Part shown: positions 17,550 through 26,597 of the stretch, piece by piece
Numbering within the stretch: position 1 is the stretch's first letter
How the letters are laid out: each line of letters begins with the position of its first letter
Assembly (NCBI RefSeq): GCF_000011465.1
Contig: NC_005072.1
Location: 900,001 to 932,000 of the forward strand
Direction: 5' to 3'
Length of the DNA stretch: 32,000 nt
DNA from: Prochlorococcus marinus subsp. pastoris str. CCMP1986
Lineage (GTDB): Bacteria > Cyanobacteriota > Cyanobacteriia > PCC-6307 > Cyanobiaceae
Translations under genes and position numbers: made by a program
The notes under the pieces: model-generated
Database searches by the model: none
What the model was told of the DNA's origin: nothing
Seen by the model: only the letters and a program-made list of their open reading frames with translations

Positions 17550-18349
17550 CGTTTATTTAATACTAAATTATTTATTAACTTATTTATTTCACTTTTCCAA
17601 CCATAACCATTTGGATCAGTCGCTAAGGTAAAGCTATATTCGTTTAATTTCTCTATTAATTTTAAATTTGGTCCCCCAGGACCAGGAATTACAATTTTGT
17701 AATCTGAATTTAATAATAAAGGTAAATCATTAGGAGAATCTCCTAGACCAATAATTTTAATATTTGGATTATTTGAATAGTTCTTGAGTGCATTTATTGC
17801 TTTACCCTTGTTTGAATTAATTGACAACATATGGCTCATCCTGTTGCCTCTGAAAATTTCTACACCAAATCTTTTACAACAAATATTAATTTCTTCTTCT
17901 TTGTTTTCTGGAGGATTTAAGAATGGCATACTCCAGTGTCTATCTCTCATTAAATCAAGAGAGTGGCCTTTTAATCCAGTTAGTTCTGTTGCCTCTTGGT
18001 CGGAAATATTATTGAGTGGTTGTAAATTATAATTAATTTCATTAGAAATACTAATTAAAATATTTTCAAGTATTTCGTATTTTTCTCCAAGAATAATCTC
18101 CCCATTAACTCTCTTTAATGTTTCACCATGTATGGCCGCACCATTTTCAACAATATATGGATCAGTTAAATTAAGTTCCTTTCTAATAACCTTAACCTCA
18201 GCAGCGGTTTTACTGGTACATAATATTACTGGTATAGATAATTCCTGAAGTAATTTTATAGTTTCTTTTGCTGGAGTTAAATCATAAGAATGATCCATTA
18301 ATGTTCCATCAACATCACTAACGACCCATAAGGAAGAAAAATCAATCAT
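17546..18349 (-). CDS. gpgP: Glucosyl-3-phosphoglycerate phosphatase (HAD-IIB, MPGP/YedP family)
   Basis: The product is about 267 aa. The HAD motif I is VSDVDGTLMD, and later motifs are LCTSKT and GLGDSPND. ATG at 18349 or TTG at 18352 directly abuts the upstream stop at 18353-18355. Confidence 0.75.
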   Translation of the reverse strand: MIDFSSLWVVSDVDGTLMDHSYDLTPAKETIKLLQELSIPVILCTSKTAAEVKVIRKELNLTDPYIVENGAAIHGETLKRVNGEIILGEKYEILENILISISNEINYNLQPLNNISDQEATELTGLKGHSLDLMRDRHWSMPFLNPPENKEEEINICCKRFGVEIFRGNRMSHMLSINSNKGKAINALKNYSNNPNIKIIGLGDSPNDLPLLLNSDYKIVIPGPGGPNLKLIEKLNEYSFTLATDPNGYGWKSEINKLINNLVLNKR

Positions 18350-18352
18350 CAA

Positions 18353-20110
18353 TCAAAAACCAAGCCAAATAACTTGAAAGGGATCAAGTTCAATATTATT
18401 AGAATTATATTTATTAGATGTAAGATAATCCTGCATATTTAAATCATTTTTAATCAATTTATTAAATTCATAATCAATAAACCTGTAATTAATTTTATTT
18501 TCGGTCATATTATGAATTGTGAAAACAGCTTTTGAACCAATACCTCTTTTTAATGCAACAATATCAGCTCTATTTTTAGATAAACATTCCATATGCGATT
18601 GAGGATGGAATTGGGGTAATTTGGCTCTAACATCCATTGCATGTCGGAGGTATTTAAGATTTTTATTAGCGTTAGATTCAGGATTATTAAAAACAGCTGC
18701 TAGTTTCTCTGACTTAAATTTTTCTCTATTCAAATCTCTTCTTTGACCTGTCATTGAAAAACTTTTTATATCATTTTCTGAAGCTAGCAATGCTGGTAGA
18801 TAAAAAGCAGGAACGCCTTTTAGTGACATAACAAGTAATTGAGTTAACAAAAACCTTTCATATTGATAACGATTTGAATCCCTACCAGGATCTTCCATAG
18901 CGCTCCACCAACTAATATTTAGTTCATAAGGTTTATCTTCTCCGTTCGATAACCTTCTATGACTTACTAGACCCCCTCTTTTCTCACAATTAATCAATAA
19001 ATCTTTAATTCTTTGTTCATTCATTAGACCCTCTAAAGCCCTTAATCCCACCCCATCATGAGAAGCAGTGAAATTAAATAGCGTTGTAGTTTTGGGTAAC
19101 TCTGGCCAATCACAAATCCATGCATTTAAAATATCTGCTCTTGAACTAATTATTGCTTCTAAAAGAAGAGGTGGCAGAGGGAAATTATAAGCCATGTCCG
19201 CCTCATCTTCTGGTAATAAATAAGAGAGGTTTTCCTTCTGTGGAACATTAGTTTCAGTAATTAATACGCCATCCTTAAGAAGGTCATTTAAAAGTATTCT
19301 TAAAATTTTTACTATTGAATGTGCTTTTGATAAATGCAAACAAGTTGTACCAGGCTCCTTCCAAATAAAACCTACAGCGTCAAGTCTTAACCATTTAATA
19401 CCATTTGATAAATAAGTAATAATCAAGTTAAGAAACTCTATTGTCATTTTGGGATTAAGCCAATTCAAATCAATTTGATCTGGACCAAAAGTTGTCCAAA
19501 CTTGTTTTTGTCCATCGTCTGTATTTATTTGGGAGAATAAAGATGAACTTCTTGGTCTGATAACATTTTTCCAGTCAAGATCTTGTGAAGGAGAAAAGAC
19601 ATTAGATAATCCGGGTTCTTGACATTTAATAAATTGCTGAACCCATGGATGAGATGAAGAAACATGATTTAAAACTAAATCAGCCATTAAATAATGTTTA
19701 TTAGAGATACTTTTTAAATCCTCCCAACTACCAAATTTTTCTTCTAAAGACGTATGACTTGACACAGCAAAACCACCATCACTAGTTGATTTAAGAAATG
19801 GAAGAATATGAACTACTTTTGATAAACTCCCAAAATTTTTACTTAGTAATTCTCGAAGCGTTACAAGTGTAGTTTCTCCTTTTTTATAAACCCCATCGGC
19901 ATAGGTTATTAAAACAGCAAAAGATTCATCCCACTTTTTATCTTCACTTATTTCTTCATAACGAGATTTCTCTGAGAAATTATCTAAAATCTGCAATAAT
20001 TGATTACAAATTAAGTTAAGCTCTTCAGTAGTATGCTCCTTATAAATTGTTTCTAGCAATTTACAAAGCCTTAATCTATCAAATTTTTTCTTTGAATCAA
20101 TTTGCGTCAC
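18353..20110 (-). CDS. GH13_18 sucrose-phosphorylase-family enzyme, candidate glucosylglycerate phosphorylase
   Basis: The product is 585 aa. The GH13 catalytic regions are visible: DLVLNHVS, WLRLDAVGFIWK (nucleophile Asp), VLITETNV (acid/base Glu) and FTASHDGVGL. The start is GTG at 20108-20110. The specificity is inferred from context only. Confidence 0.6.
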   Translation of the reverse strand: MTQIDSKKKFDRLRLCKLLETIYKEHTTEELNLICNQLLQILDNFSEKSRYEEISEDKKWDESFAVLITYADGVYKKGETTLVTLRELLSKNFGSLSKVVHILPFLKSTSDGGFAVSSHTSLEEKFGSWEDLKSISNKHYLMADLVLNHVSSSHPWVQQFIKCQEPGLSNVFSPSQDLDWKNVIRPRSSSLFSQINTDDGQKQVWTTFGPDQIDLNWLNPKMTIEFLNLIITYLSNGIKWLRLDAVGFIWKEPGTTCLHLSKAHSIVKILRILLNDLLKDGVLITETNVPQKENLSYLLPEDEADMAYNFPLPPLLLEAIISSRADILNAWICDWPELPKTTTLFNFTASHDGVGLRALEGLMNEQRIKDLLINCEKRGGLVSHRRLSNGEDKPYELNISWWSAMEDPGRDSNRYQYERFLLTQLLVMSLKGVPAFYLPALLASENDIKSFSMTGQRRDLNREKFKSEKLAAVFNNPESNANKNLKYLRHAMDVRAKLPQFHPQSHMECLSKNRADIVALKRGIGSKAVFTIHNMTENKINYRFIDYEFNKLIKNDLNMQDYLTSNKYNSNNIELDPFQVIWLGF

Positions 20111-20160
20111 TTTGAAGAAATCATCGAAGTATTAACACTATTCTGCACATCAAATAGAAA

Positions 20161-21387
20161 ATGGACTTTCAACAAGGATTAATCACAACAATACATGAAT
20201 ATGGTGTCACTAAGGATCTACTTAGAGAATTAAATAAACGTCTTAAGAAAAGATCTACAGCAATATTAATTCCGTGTCTATATGAAGAATTTGAACGCCC
20301 AGCGCTAAAAGACATTAAAGAAGTTTTAAAAAATCTTACCGGATTAAATGAATTAGTTATTGCTCTATCTGCAAAGACTGCAGATCAAGTAAAGTCTGCA
20401 AAGTCATTTTTTGATTCAATGCCATTCCCTGTTCATATTCAATGGACAAATTCTCCATCTGTAATTGAACTATTAAAAAATCAAGAAAAAAATGGATTAG
20501 AACTTCTTGGAACTCCAGGAAAAGGATGGGCCGTATGGCAAGGAATAGGGGTTGCTACAAGACAATCTGACGTAGTTGCTTTATTTGATGCAGACATAAG
20601 AACATTCACCCCTTTATATCCATCAAGAATGATTCTTCCCTTGTTAGATGAATCATATGGAATTTCCTATGTAAAAGCCTTCTACAGTCGATTATCCCTA
20701 GAAACAAATCAATTACAAGGAAGAGCAACGAGATTATTTGTAGGTCCTTTATTGGCAAGTTTGGAGCAGTTAGTTGGCAATGGACCATTTTTGCAGTATT
20801 TACAATCCTTTAGATATCCTCTAGCTGGTGAATTTGCATTTACAAAAGATTTAGCTATGAATTTAAGAATTCCATGTGATTGGGGATTAGAGATAGGTCT
20901 TCTATCAGAGGTTTATAGGAATGTCAGAACTTCAAAAATAGCTCAAGTAGACCTTGGATTATTTGATCATAAACATAAAACTATAGGATTATCTTCCAAG
21001 GAAGGTCTTCAAAAGATGTGCACAGAAATTCTATCTAGTGTCTTAAGAGGACTTATGGAACATCAAGCTCAGACTCTAACAAGCACTCAATTATCTACAC
21101 TTGAAGTTCTTTATAAAAGAGTAGGAGAAGATAGAGTTAAACAATTTGGACTAGATTCTGCAGTTAATAAGCTTCCATATGACAGACATGAAGAGGAATT
21201 GTCTGTTCAAAAATTTGCAAAATTATTAAGACCTGCCACTCAAGGTTACTTAGCAAATCCAACAACTCAACAACTTCCTAGTTGGTCAAGAGTTCTTTCA
21301 TGTGAGGATAAGCTTCAAGAAGATTTAGCAAATGCAGGATCTAAAGAAATAAATACAACTAAAAAAGAATTAATTAATAACTATTAA
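20161..21387 (+). CDS. gpgS: Glucosyl-3-phosphoglycerate synthase (GT81)
   Basis: The product is a 408-aa GT-A fold protein. It has GKGWAVWQG and the DxD motif [10 protein letters not shown]. It is divergent from the gpgP operon. Confidence 0.8.
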   Translation: MDFQQGLITTIHEYGVTKDLLRELNKRLKKRSTAILIPCLYEEFERPALKDIKEVLKNLTGLNELVIALSAKTADQVKSAKSFFDSMPFPVHIQWTNSPSVIELLKNQEKNGLELLGTPGKGWAVWQGIGVATRQSDVVALFDADIRTFTPLYPSRMILPLLDESYGISYVKAFYSRLSLETNQLQGRATRLFVGPLLASLEQLVGNGPFLQYLQSFRYPLAGEFAFTKDLAMNLRIPCDWGLEIGLLSEVYRNVRTSKIAQVDLGLFDHKHKTIGLSSKEGLQKMCTEILSSVLRGLMEHQAQTLTSTQLSTLEVLYKRVGEDRVKQFGLDSAVNKLPYDRHEEELSVQKFAKLLRPATQGYLANPTTQQLPSWSRVLSCEDKLQEDLANAGSKEINTTKKELINNY

Positions 21388-23093
21388 AGTAAAAAATATT
21401 TTTGAGCCATCGGTACTTCTTCAAGAGGTTCACAAGAAAGTAATACTCCATCAGCGAATACTTCATAAGTTTGTGGATCAACTGTGATATTTGGTAATTT
21501 ATTATTCAATTTTAGATCTAATTTATTAATTGATCTTGTGTTTTCTACAGCCAAACAATTTTTTTGTAAAGAAAGTTTGTTAGGAATATCAAGCTCGATT
21601 GCATTTTTACTCAAAAAAGTAAACGAACTTTTTAAAAGTGATTGTCCATAATTCGCAAACATAGGTCTACCATGAACAGGTCCTGGCGTTGGAATTGAAG
21701 CATTTGCATCACCCATCTGAGACCAAACTATAGAACCTCCTTTGACAACTAGTTCTGGCTTAACACCAAAAAATGAAGGTTTCCACAAAACCAAATCTGC
21801 TATTTTACCCTTTTCTATAGAACCAACAAACCTATTAATTCCATGAGCAATAGCTGGATTAATAGTAACTTTAGAGATATATCTTTTAACTCTATAGTTA
21901 TCATTTCTATCAGAATCTTCAGGTAAAGGACCTCTTTGCACTTTCATTTTATGCGCGGTTTGAAAAGTTCTTGTTATTACTTCTCCAACTCGTCCCATAG
22001 CTTGTGAATCACTTGCAATAATTGAAAAAGCTCCAATATCATGCAAAATATCCTCCGCAGCTATTGTCTCCCTCCTAATTCTTGACTCTGCAAATGCAAT
22101 ATCTTCTGGAATTTTTGAATCTAAATGATGACAAACCATTAACATGTCAAGATGTTCTTCAAGAGTATTTTTGGTGTAAGGCCTCGTGGGATTAGTACTA
22201 CTTGGTAAGACATTATTTTCTCCACAAATTTTAATAATATCTGGAGCATGGCCACCCCCTGCTCCTTCGGTATGAAAAGTATGAATAGTTCTACCTGCAA
22301 TGGCAGCTATAGTGTCTTCAACAAACCCTGCTTCATTCAAAGTATCAGTATGAATACATACTTGAACGTCTAGAGTATCTGCAACATTAAGACATGAATT
22401 TATCGTTGATGGGGTTGTACCCCAGTCTTCATGTAATTTTAAACCGCAGGCCCCAGCATTTACTTGTTCAAAAAGATTTGTCTCATTAGATGAATTTCCC
22501 TTCCCAAAAAAACCTAAATTAACAGGAAATGCTTCGGCAGATTGAATCATACGAGATATATGAAAAGCACCTGGAGTGCAGGTGGTAGCATTTGTTCCGG
22601 TAGCTGGCCCTGTTCCACCTCCTAACATAGTTGTCACGCCAGAAGCTAATGCAGTTTCTATTTGTTGAGGACAAATAAAATGTATATGTGTATCAATAGA
22701 TCCTGCAGTAAGAATATGTCCTTCACCAGCTATTACTTCAGTAGAAGAGCCAATAATAATATTTATATTATCTTGTATATCTGGATTTCCAGCTTTACCA
22801 ATTTCATAAATTTTTCCATCTTTCAATCCGACATCAGCTTTTACTATTCCCCACCAATCGACTATTAAGGCATTTGTTATTACTGTATCAACAGCTCCAT
22901 CCTCTCTGGTTACTTGAGACTGGCCCATCCCATCTCTGATAACCTTACCCCCTCCAAATTTAACTTCATCTCCATAAGTTGTAAAATCCTTTTCTACTTC
23001 AATTATTAATTCTGTATCTGCAAGTCTTACTCTATCTCCCTTTGTAGGTCCATATGTTTGAGCATAAGTTTTTCGATTAATTTTATAGGACAT
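21384..23093 (-). CDS. ureC: Urease alpha subunit
   Basis: The product is 569 aa and contains [26 protein letters not shown] and SSDSQAMGR-like [13 protein letters not shown]. Confidence 0.97.
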   Translation of the reverse strand: MSYKINRKTYAQTYGPTKGDRVRLADTELIIEVEKDFTTYGDEVKFGGGKVIRDGMGQSQVTREDGAVDTVITNALIVDWWGIVKADVGLKDGKIYEIGKAGNPDIQDNINIIIGSSTEVIAGEGHILTAGSIDTHIHFICPQQIETALASGVTTMLGGGTGPATGTNATTCTPGAFHISRMIQSAEAFPVNLGFFGKGNSSNETNLFEQVNAGACGLKLHEDWGTTPSTINSCLNVADTLDVQVCIHTDTLNEAGFVEDTIAAIAGRTIHTFHTEGAGGGHAPDIIKICGENNVLPSSTNPTRPYTKNTLEEHLDMLMVCHHLDSKIPEDIAFAESRIRRETIAAEDILHDIGAFSIIASDSQAMGRVGEVITRTFQTAHKMKVQRGPLPEDSDRNDNYRVKRYISKVTINPAIAHGINRFVGSIEKGKIADLVLWKPSFFGVKPELVVKGGSIVWSQMGDANASIPTPGPVHGRPMFANYGQSLLKSSFTFLSKNAIELDIPNKLSLQKNCLAVENTRSINKLDLKLNNKLPNITVDPQTYEVFADGVLLSCEPLEEVPMAQKYFLL

Positions 23094-23098
23094 AATAT

Positions 23099-23419
23099 TT
23101 AAGAATCTAAAGGACCATTAATTAAAGCATTAAAACCGAAGGCATTTCTATAACCTGAATAAGGTATCAGTTTTACTTCTGTAGTATCTCCAGGTTCAAA
23201 TCTAATAGCAGTTCCTGCAGGAATATCTAGACGCATACCAAGCGTAATTTCTCTTGTAAAAATTAAAGCTTTATTAGTTTCGAAAAAATGATAATGAGAT
23301 CCAACTTGAATAGGTCTATCCCCAGTATTAGAAACAGTTAAAGTCTTCGCATTTTTACCAGAATTTAATTCAATATCACCATCTTCAGTAATTATTTCTC
23401 CTGGTATTAAATATTCCAT
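23099..23419 (-). CDS. ureB: Urease beta subunit
   Basis: The product is 106 aa and contains IPGEI...[19 protein letters not shown]. Confidence 0.95.
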   Translation of the reverse strand: MEYLIPGEIITEDGDIELNSGKNAKTLTVSNTGDRPIQVGSHYHFFETNKALIFTREITLGMRLDIPAGTAIRFEPGDTTEVKLIPYSGYRNAFGFNALINGPLDS

Positions 23420-23421
23420 AG

Positions 23422-23724
23422 TTAATTAATAGGATTGTGAATAGTTACCAATTTAGTACCATCTGGAAAGACAGCCTCAACTTGAACTTCATCGACCATT
23501 TCAGAGATGCCATCCATTACTTGTTTTTTACTAAGCCAAGTTGTCCCTTCAGACATTAATTGACTAACACTTTTGCCATCTCTTGCACCCTCTAAAACTT
23601 GAAAGCTTAAGAAAGCGACTGTTTCCGGATAATTAAGTTTTAGACCCCTATTAAGTCTTCTTTCAGCTAGTTGTGCAGCTGAAAAAATTAATAATTTATC
23701 TTTTTCTTGAGGTGAAAGATGCAT
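23422..23724 (-). CDS. ureA: Urease gamma subunit
   Basis: The product is 100 aa and contains [31 protein letters not shown]. Confidence 0.95.
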   Translation of the reverse strand: MHLSPQEKDKLLIFSAAQLAERRLNRGLKLNYPETVAFLSFQVLEGARDGKSVSQLMSEGTTWLSKKQVMDGISEMVDEVQVEAVFPDGTKLVTIHNPIN

Positions 23725-23784
23725 AAATAAAAATTAATCTAAAAATTGTCTTTAAAAAAGTTCTAAATGAACATAATTAGTAAT

Positions 23785-24678
23785 TTAAAGATCTTGCAAA
23801 GGCCATACACCTTGATATTCTGGCTTACAAAACCCACAAACAGTTCTTATTTGTGTCCAAATAGAAAAAAAACATTTTCTTGCATCTTGTGATGAAGTAC
23901 CTAAGAATCTTATTGATAATCCATTTTCTAAAGTTCCTAAAGACAAATAATTATTATTTTCTTTAAAAATTATTTTTATTTTTTCTTTTAAGTAACTTAT
24001 TTTTGTTATGGGAAATTCTTTTTCACATATCCAAATTAAAGAACCAAAAACTGGCTTAAAATCCATTCCACTTTTAGCTTCAAAACTAAATTTAGTTAAT
24101 TCAATTTGATCTACAAATTCCCAATCATCACATAAATTTCCATTCCTCATAATCTCTAATTTTGATCTAAAAACGCCGCTCTCAATTGATTCGCCTGCAG
24201 AAGATCTTCCAAGTCTTATTAAATCTGTAAATAAAAAACTAGAGTTATCCGAAATCTTTATATTAAATTCCTGAGAATATAATCCGTTTGCAAAAACAAT
24301 GGTTTCTTGTGGGAGGTACTCTAAATGAGAATTATCAAGAATACTTATCTTTGTTTTCTGCGAGGAAAAAGTCCCTTCAGGATTAATTTTTGATCTACCA
24401 ACTGATCCATATACTTTCTGAGCTGAAGAGGTGGTTAGTAAAACTTTCGAATTAATTCCGATATTTGCTTCAAATTCAAGCAAATCCCCACCGACAAGTC
24501 CTCCTGCAGTATGAAGTATAGGTAAAATACATCTGCCCTCTTGGTCATAACTGCATTTTAGTAATTTATAGGGAGATGTAAATTTAGATTTAAAGATTGT
24601 TTTATCGTCTTTCCCAGAACTTGATTTATTATTAAAAAAATTTAAGAAACAATTACCTTCCCAAGAAGATTTAGCCAT
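23785..24678 (-). CDS. ureD: Urease accessory protein UreD
   Basis: The product is 297 aa and contains [10 protein letters not shown]. It lies upstream of ureABC and divergent from ureEFG. Confidence 0.85.
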   Translation of the reverse strand: MAKSSWEGNCFLNFFNNKSSSGKDDKTIFKSKFTSPYKLLKCSYDQEGRCILPILHTAGGLVGGDLLEFEANIGINSKVLLTTSSAQKVYGSVGRSKINPEGTFSSQKTKISILDNSHLEYLPQETIVFANGLYSQEFNIKISDNSSFLFTDLIRLGRSSAGESIESGVFRSKLEIMRNGNLCDDWEFVDQIELTKFSFEAKSGMDFKPVFGSLIWICEKEFPITKISYLKEKIKIIFKENNNYLSLGTLENGLSIRFLGTSSQDARKCFFSIWTQIRTVCGFCKPEYQGVWPLQDL

Positions 24679-24725
24679 AATTGTTTTCTTGATTACTCTA
24701 TTTAAGTTACTAAAAATATTTTGTT

Positions 24726-25190
24726 ATGAGCAATAAAAAAGAAATTGTTGTAACTGATTGGATTAAGCAAAATTGCCATGAGGGTAATTTTTTAAACCTT
24801 ACACTAAGTTCTGATCAAAGAAGAGTCTTCAGGGGAAAAAGAAAATCAGATTGTAATCAAGAACTTCAATTACAATTACCAAGAGAGGGGAAATTGAATG
24901 ATGGTGATATCCTTCTAACAAATCAAAAAAAACTCTTTGTACAAATCATTGCGCAAAAAGAAAATTTAATAAAAATTACTGCTAAAACGAGCATAGAGCT
25001 TATAAAAGTTGCTTATCACCTTGGAAATAGACATGTGGAAATTGAGATTAATGAAAATATCTTATTTACTAAAAGTGATTACATAATTGAGGAATTGCTT
25101 AGGAACTTTGATGTTGTTTACTCAAAAGTTGAAAAAAAGTTTTTTCCAGAAATAGGAGCTTTTCATCATGAAAAAAAATCACTTAGTTAA
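24726..25190 (+). CDS. ureE: Urease accessory protein UreE (no His-rich tail)
   Basis: The product is 154 aa. It contains AYHLGNRHV, a UreE core motif. The C-terminus is GAFHHEKKSLS, so only two histidines are present. Confidence 0.85.
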   Translation: MSNKKEIVVTDWIKQNCHEGNFLNLTLSSDQRRVFRGKRKSDCNQELQLQLPREGKLNDGDILLTNQKKLFVQIIAQKENLIKITAKTSIELIKVAYHLGNRHVEIEINENILFTKSDYIIEELLRNFDVVYSKVEKKFFPEIGAFHHEKKSLS

Positions 25191-25854
25191 GTATTTATTA
25201 ATTAGTCCAAGTTTACCTGTAGGAGGTTTTTGTTATTCTGAGGGATTAGAGAGTTATTTGAAAATTAAGAATTTAGAAGAACCAGACCACATAAGGAATT
25301 TAATAACAAATGAATTAAAAATTGGGCAAATTAGAATTGAAGCAAAATGTTTAATAGAATTTTTTGATATTTTTGTAGAATTAAAAATTGCTAATAATAT
25401 AAATAAAAACAGAAGAAGATTATTGAGTTTAGATAAATGGCTATTGTCTTTTAGAGATACTGTTGAGATAAGAGATCAACAAACTCAAATGGCTAAATCA
25501 CTTTTTGAATTGACTAAAGAATTTGGATTTGAATATTTATATGAAAAAAATAAAAATATCTCTTGGTCTTTGGCATGGAGTTGGGCTTGCTTCTCTTTTC
25601 AAATAAATAAATTAGAAATGATCGAAAATTTTATATATGCATGGACTGCGAATCAACTTAGTGCTGCAATAAGACTTATACCCATGGGTTCAATAAAAGC
25701 ACAAACTATTCAACTTGAGTTGTTGGATTTAATCTCAGAAGTTTCCCAAGAAATTGTAGACAGTAATATCAATGATCTTTATGTTGGGAATATAAGCTTA
25801 TCTATGGCTCAACAAAACCATAATGATTTATATACAAAACTTTTTAGAAATTAA
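25168..25854 (+). CDS. ureF: Urease accessory protein UreF
   Basis: The product is 228 aa. SPSLPVGGFCYSEGLE matches the UreF N-terminal motif. The gene overlaps ureE by 23 nt. Confidence 0.88.
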   Translation: MKKNHLVKYLLISPSLPVGGFCYSEGLESYLKIKNLEEPDHIRNLITNELKIGQIRIEAKCLIEFFDIFVELKIANNINKNRRRLLSLDKWLLSFRDTVEIRDQQTQMAKSLFELTKEFGFEYLYEKNKNISWSLAWSWACFSFQINKLEMIENFIYAWTANQLSAAIRLIPMGSIKAQTIQLELLDLISEVSQEIVDSNINDLYVGNISLSMAQQNHNDLYTKLFRN

Positions 25855-25857
25855 TTT

Positions 25858-26463
25858 ATGAGCAGCAAATTAAGAGTAGGAGTTGCGGGCCCAGTAGGCT
25901 CAGGGAAAACAGCATTAGTTGAAACTTTATGCATAGCTCTTAAAAAGAGATATAAAATAGCTGTTGTTACTAATGACATTTATACAAAAGAGGATGCTAA
26001 TTTTCTCATAAAGAAAAAGATTTTAGAGGAAGGGAGGATTGTTGGAGTAGAAACTGGTGGTTGTCCTCATACTGCAATAAGAGAAGATTGTTCACTTAAT
26101 AAAAATGCAGTAATGGATCTTGAAAACAAATATGATCCATTGGATTTTATTTTTGTTGAAAGTGGAGGAGATAATCTTGCGGCAAGTTTTAGTCCAGAAC
26201 TTGTAGATTTATCTATTTACGTGATTGATGTATCGGCTGGGGATAAAATTCCGAGGAAAGGAGGTCCAGGCATTACAAGATCTGATTTGTTATTAATCAA
26301 CAAAATTGATTTAGCTGATATGGTTGGTGCAAATTTAAATATTATGCAAAACGATACAAATATGATGAGAGATGGTAAACCATGGTTTTTCACAAATCTT
26401 AGTTCCGGCAGTGGTGTTGATAACGTTATTAAGTATCTAGTCGCTCAAATACCAAACATTTAA
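25858..26463 (+). CDS. ureG: Urease accessory GTPase UreG
   Basis: The product is 201 aa. It has the P-loop [10 protein letters not shown] plus [20 protein letters not shown] and NKIDL. Confidence 0.96.
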   Translation: MSSKLRVGVAGPVGSGKTALVETLCIALKKRYKIAVVTNDIYTKEDANFLIKKKILEEGRIVGVETGGCPHTAIREDCSLNKNAVMDLENKYDPLDFIFVESGGDNLAASFSPELVDLSIYVIDVSAGDKIPRKGGPGITRSDLLLINKIDLADMVGANLNIMQNDTNMMRDGKPWFFTNLSSGSGVDNVIKYLVAQIPNI

Positions 26464-26506
26464 AGTCAAAAAAATAATCAGACGTTTTATATTGGATTCA
26501 ACAAAA

Positions 26507-26522
26507 TGTTACCTATGCTACA
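26507..26522 (+). promoter_or_regulatory. Candidate NtcA binding site (TGTT-N8-TACA) with a downstream -10-like TATAAC at 26542-26547
   Basis: The sequence tgttacctatgctaca matches the NtcA consensus TGTA-N8-TACA at 7 of 8 positions. The TAN3T-type element tataac lies about 20 nt downstream. The site is about 75 nt upstream of the urtA ATG at 26598. Confidence 0.5.
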
Positions 26523-26597
26523 AAACTAAATCCCACTCGTTTATAACTTTTACTTTATCCCCCCAATGTGGGTCAATTACCTAATTTAAACGAATTC

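Noticed and set aside
17784-18032. 82-aa +-strand ORF
   Set aside because: It is antisense to gpgP.
20606-20788. 60-aa minus-strand ORF
   Set aside because: It is antisense to the gpgS catalytic region.
22662-22868. 68-aa +-strand ORF
   Set aside because: It is antisense to ureC.
23760-23772. Palindrome GTTC-taaat-GAAC between ureD and ureA, considered as an NtcA site
   Set aside because: The spacing is GT-N9-AC rather than GT-N10-AC. The arms are only 4 bp, so this is compatible with chance.
26568-26597. GTG at 26568 as the urtA start, as in the ORF track
   Set aside because: ATG at 26598 gives a canonical MRISRR... signal peptide. The 10 extra N-terminal residues (MGQLPNLNEF) would precede the positively charged n-region. 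The call remains uncertain.
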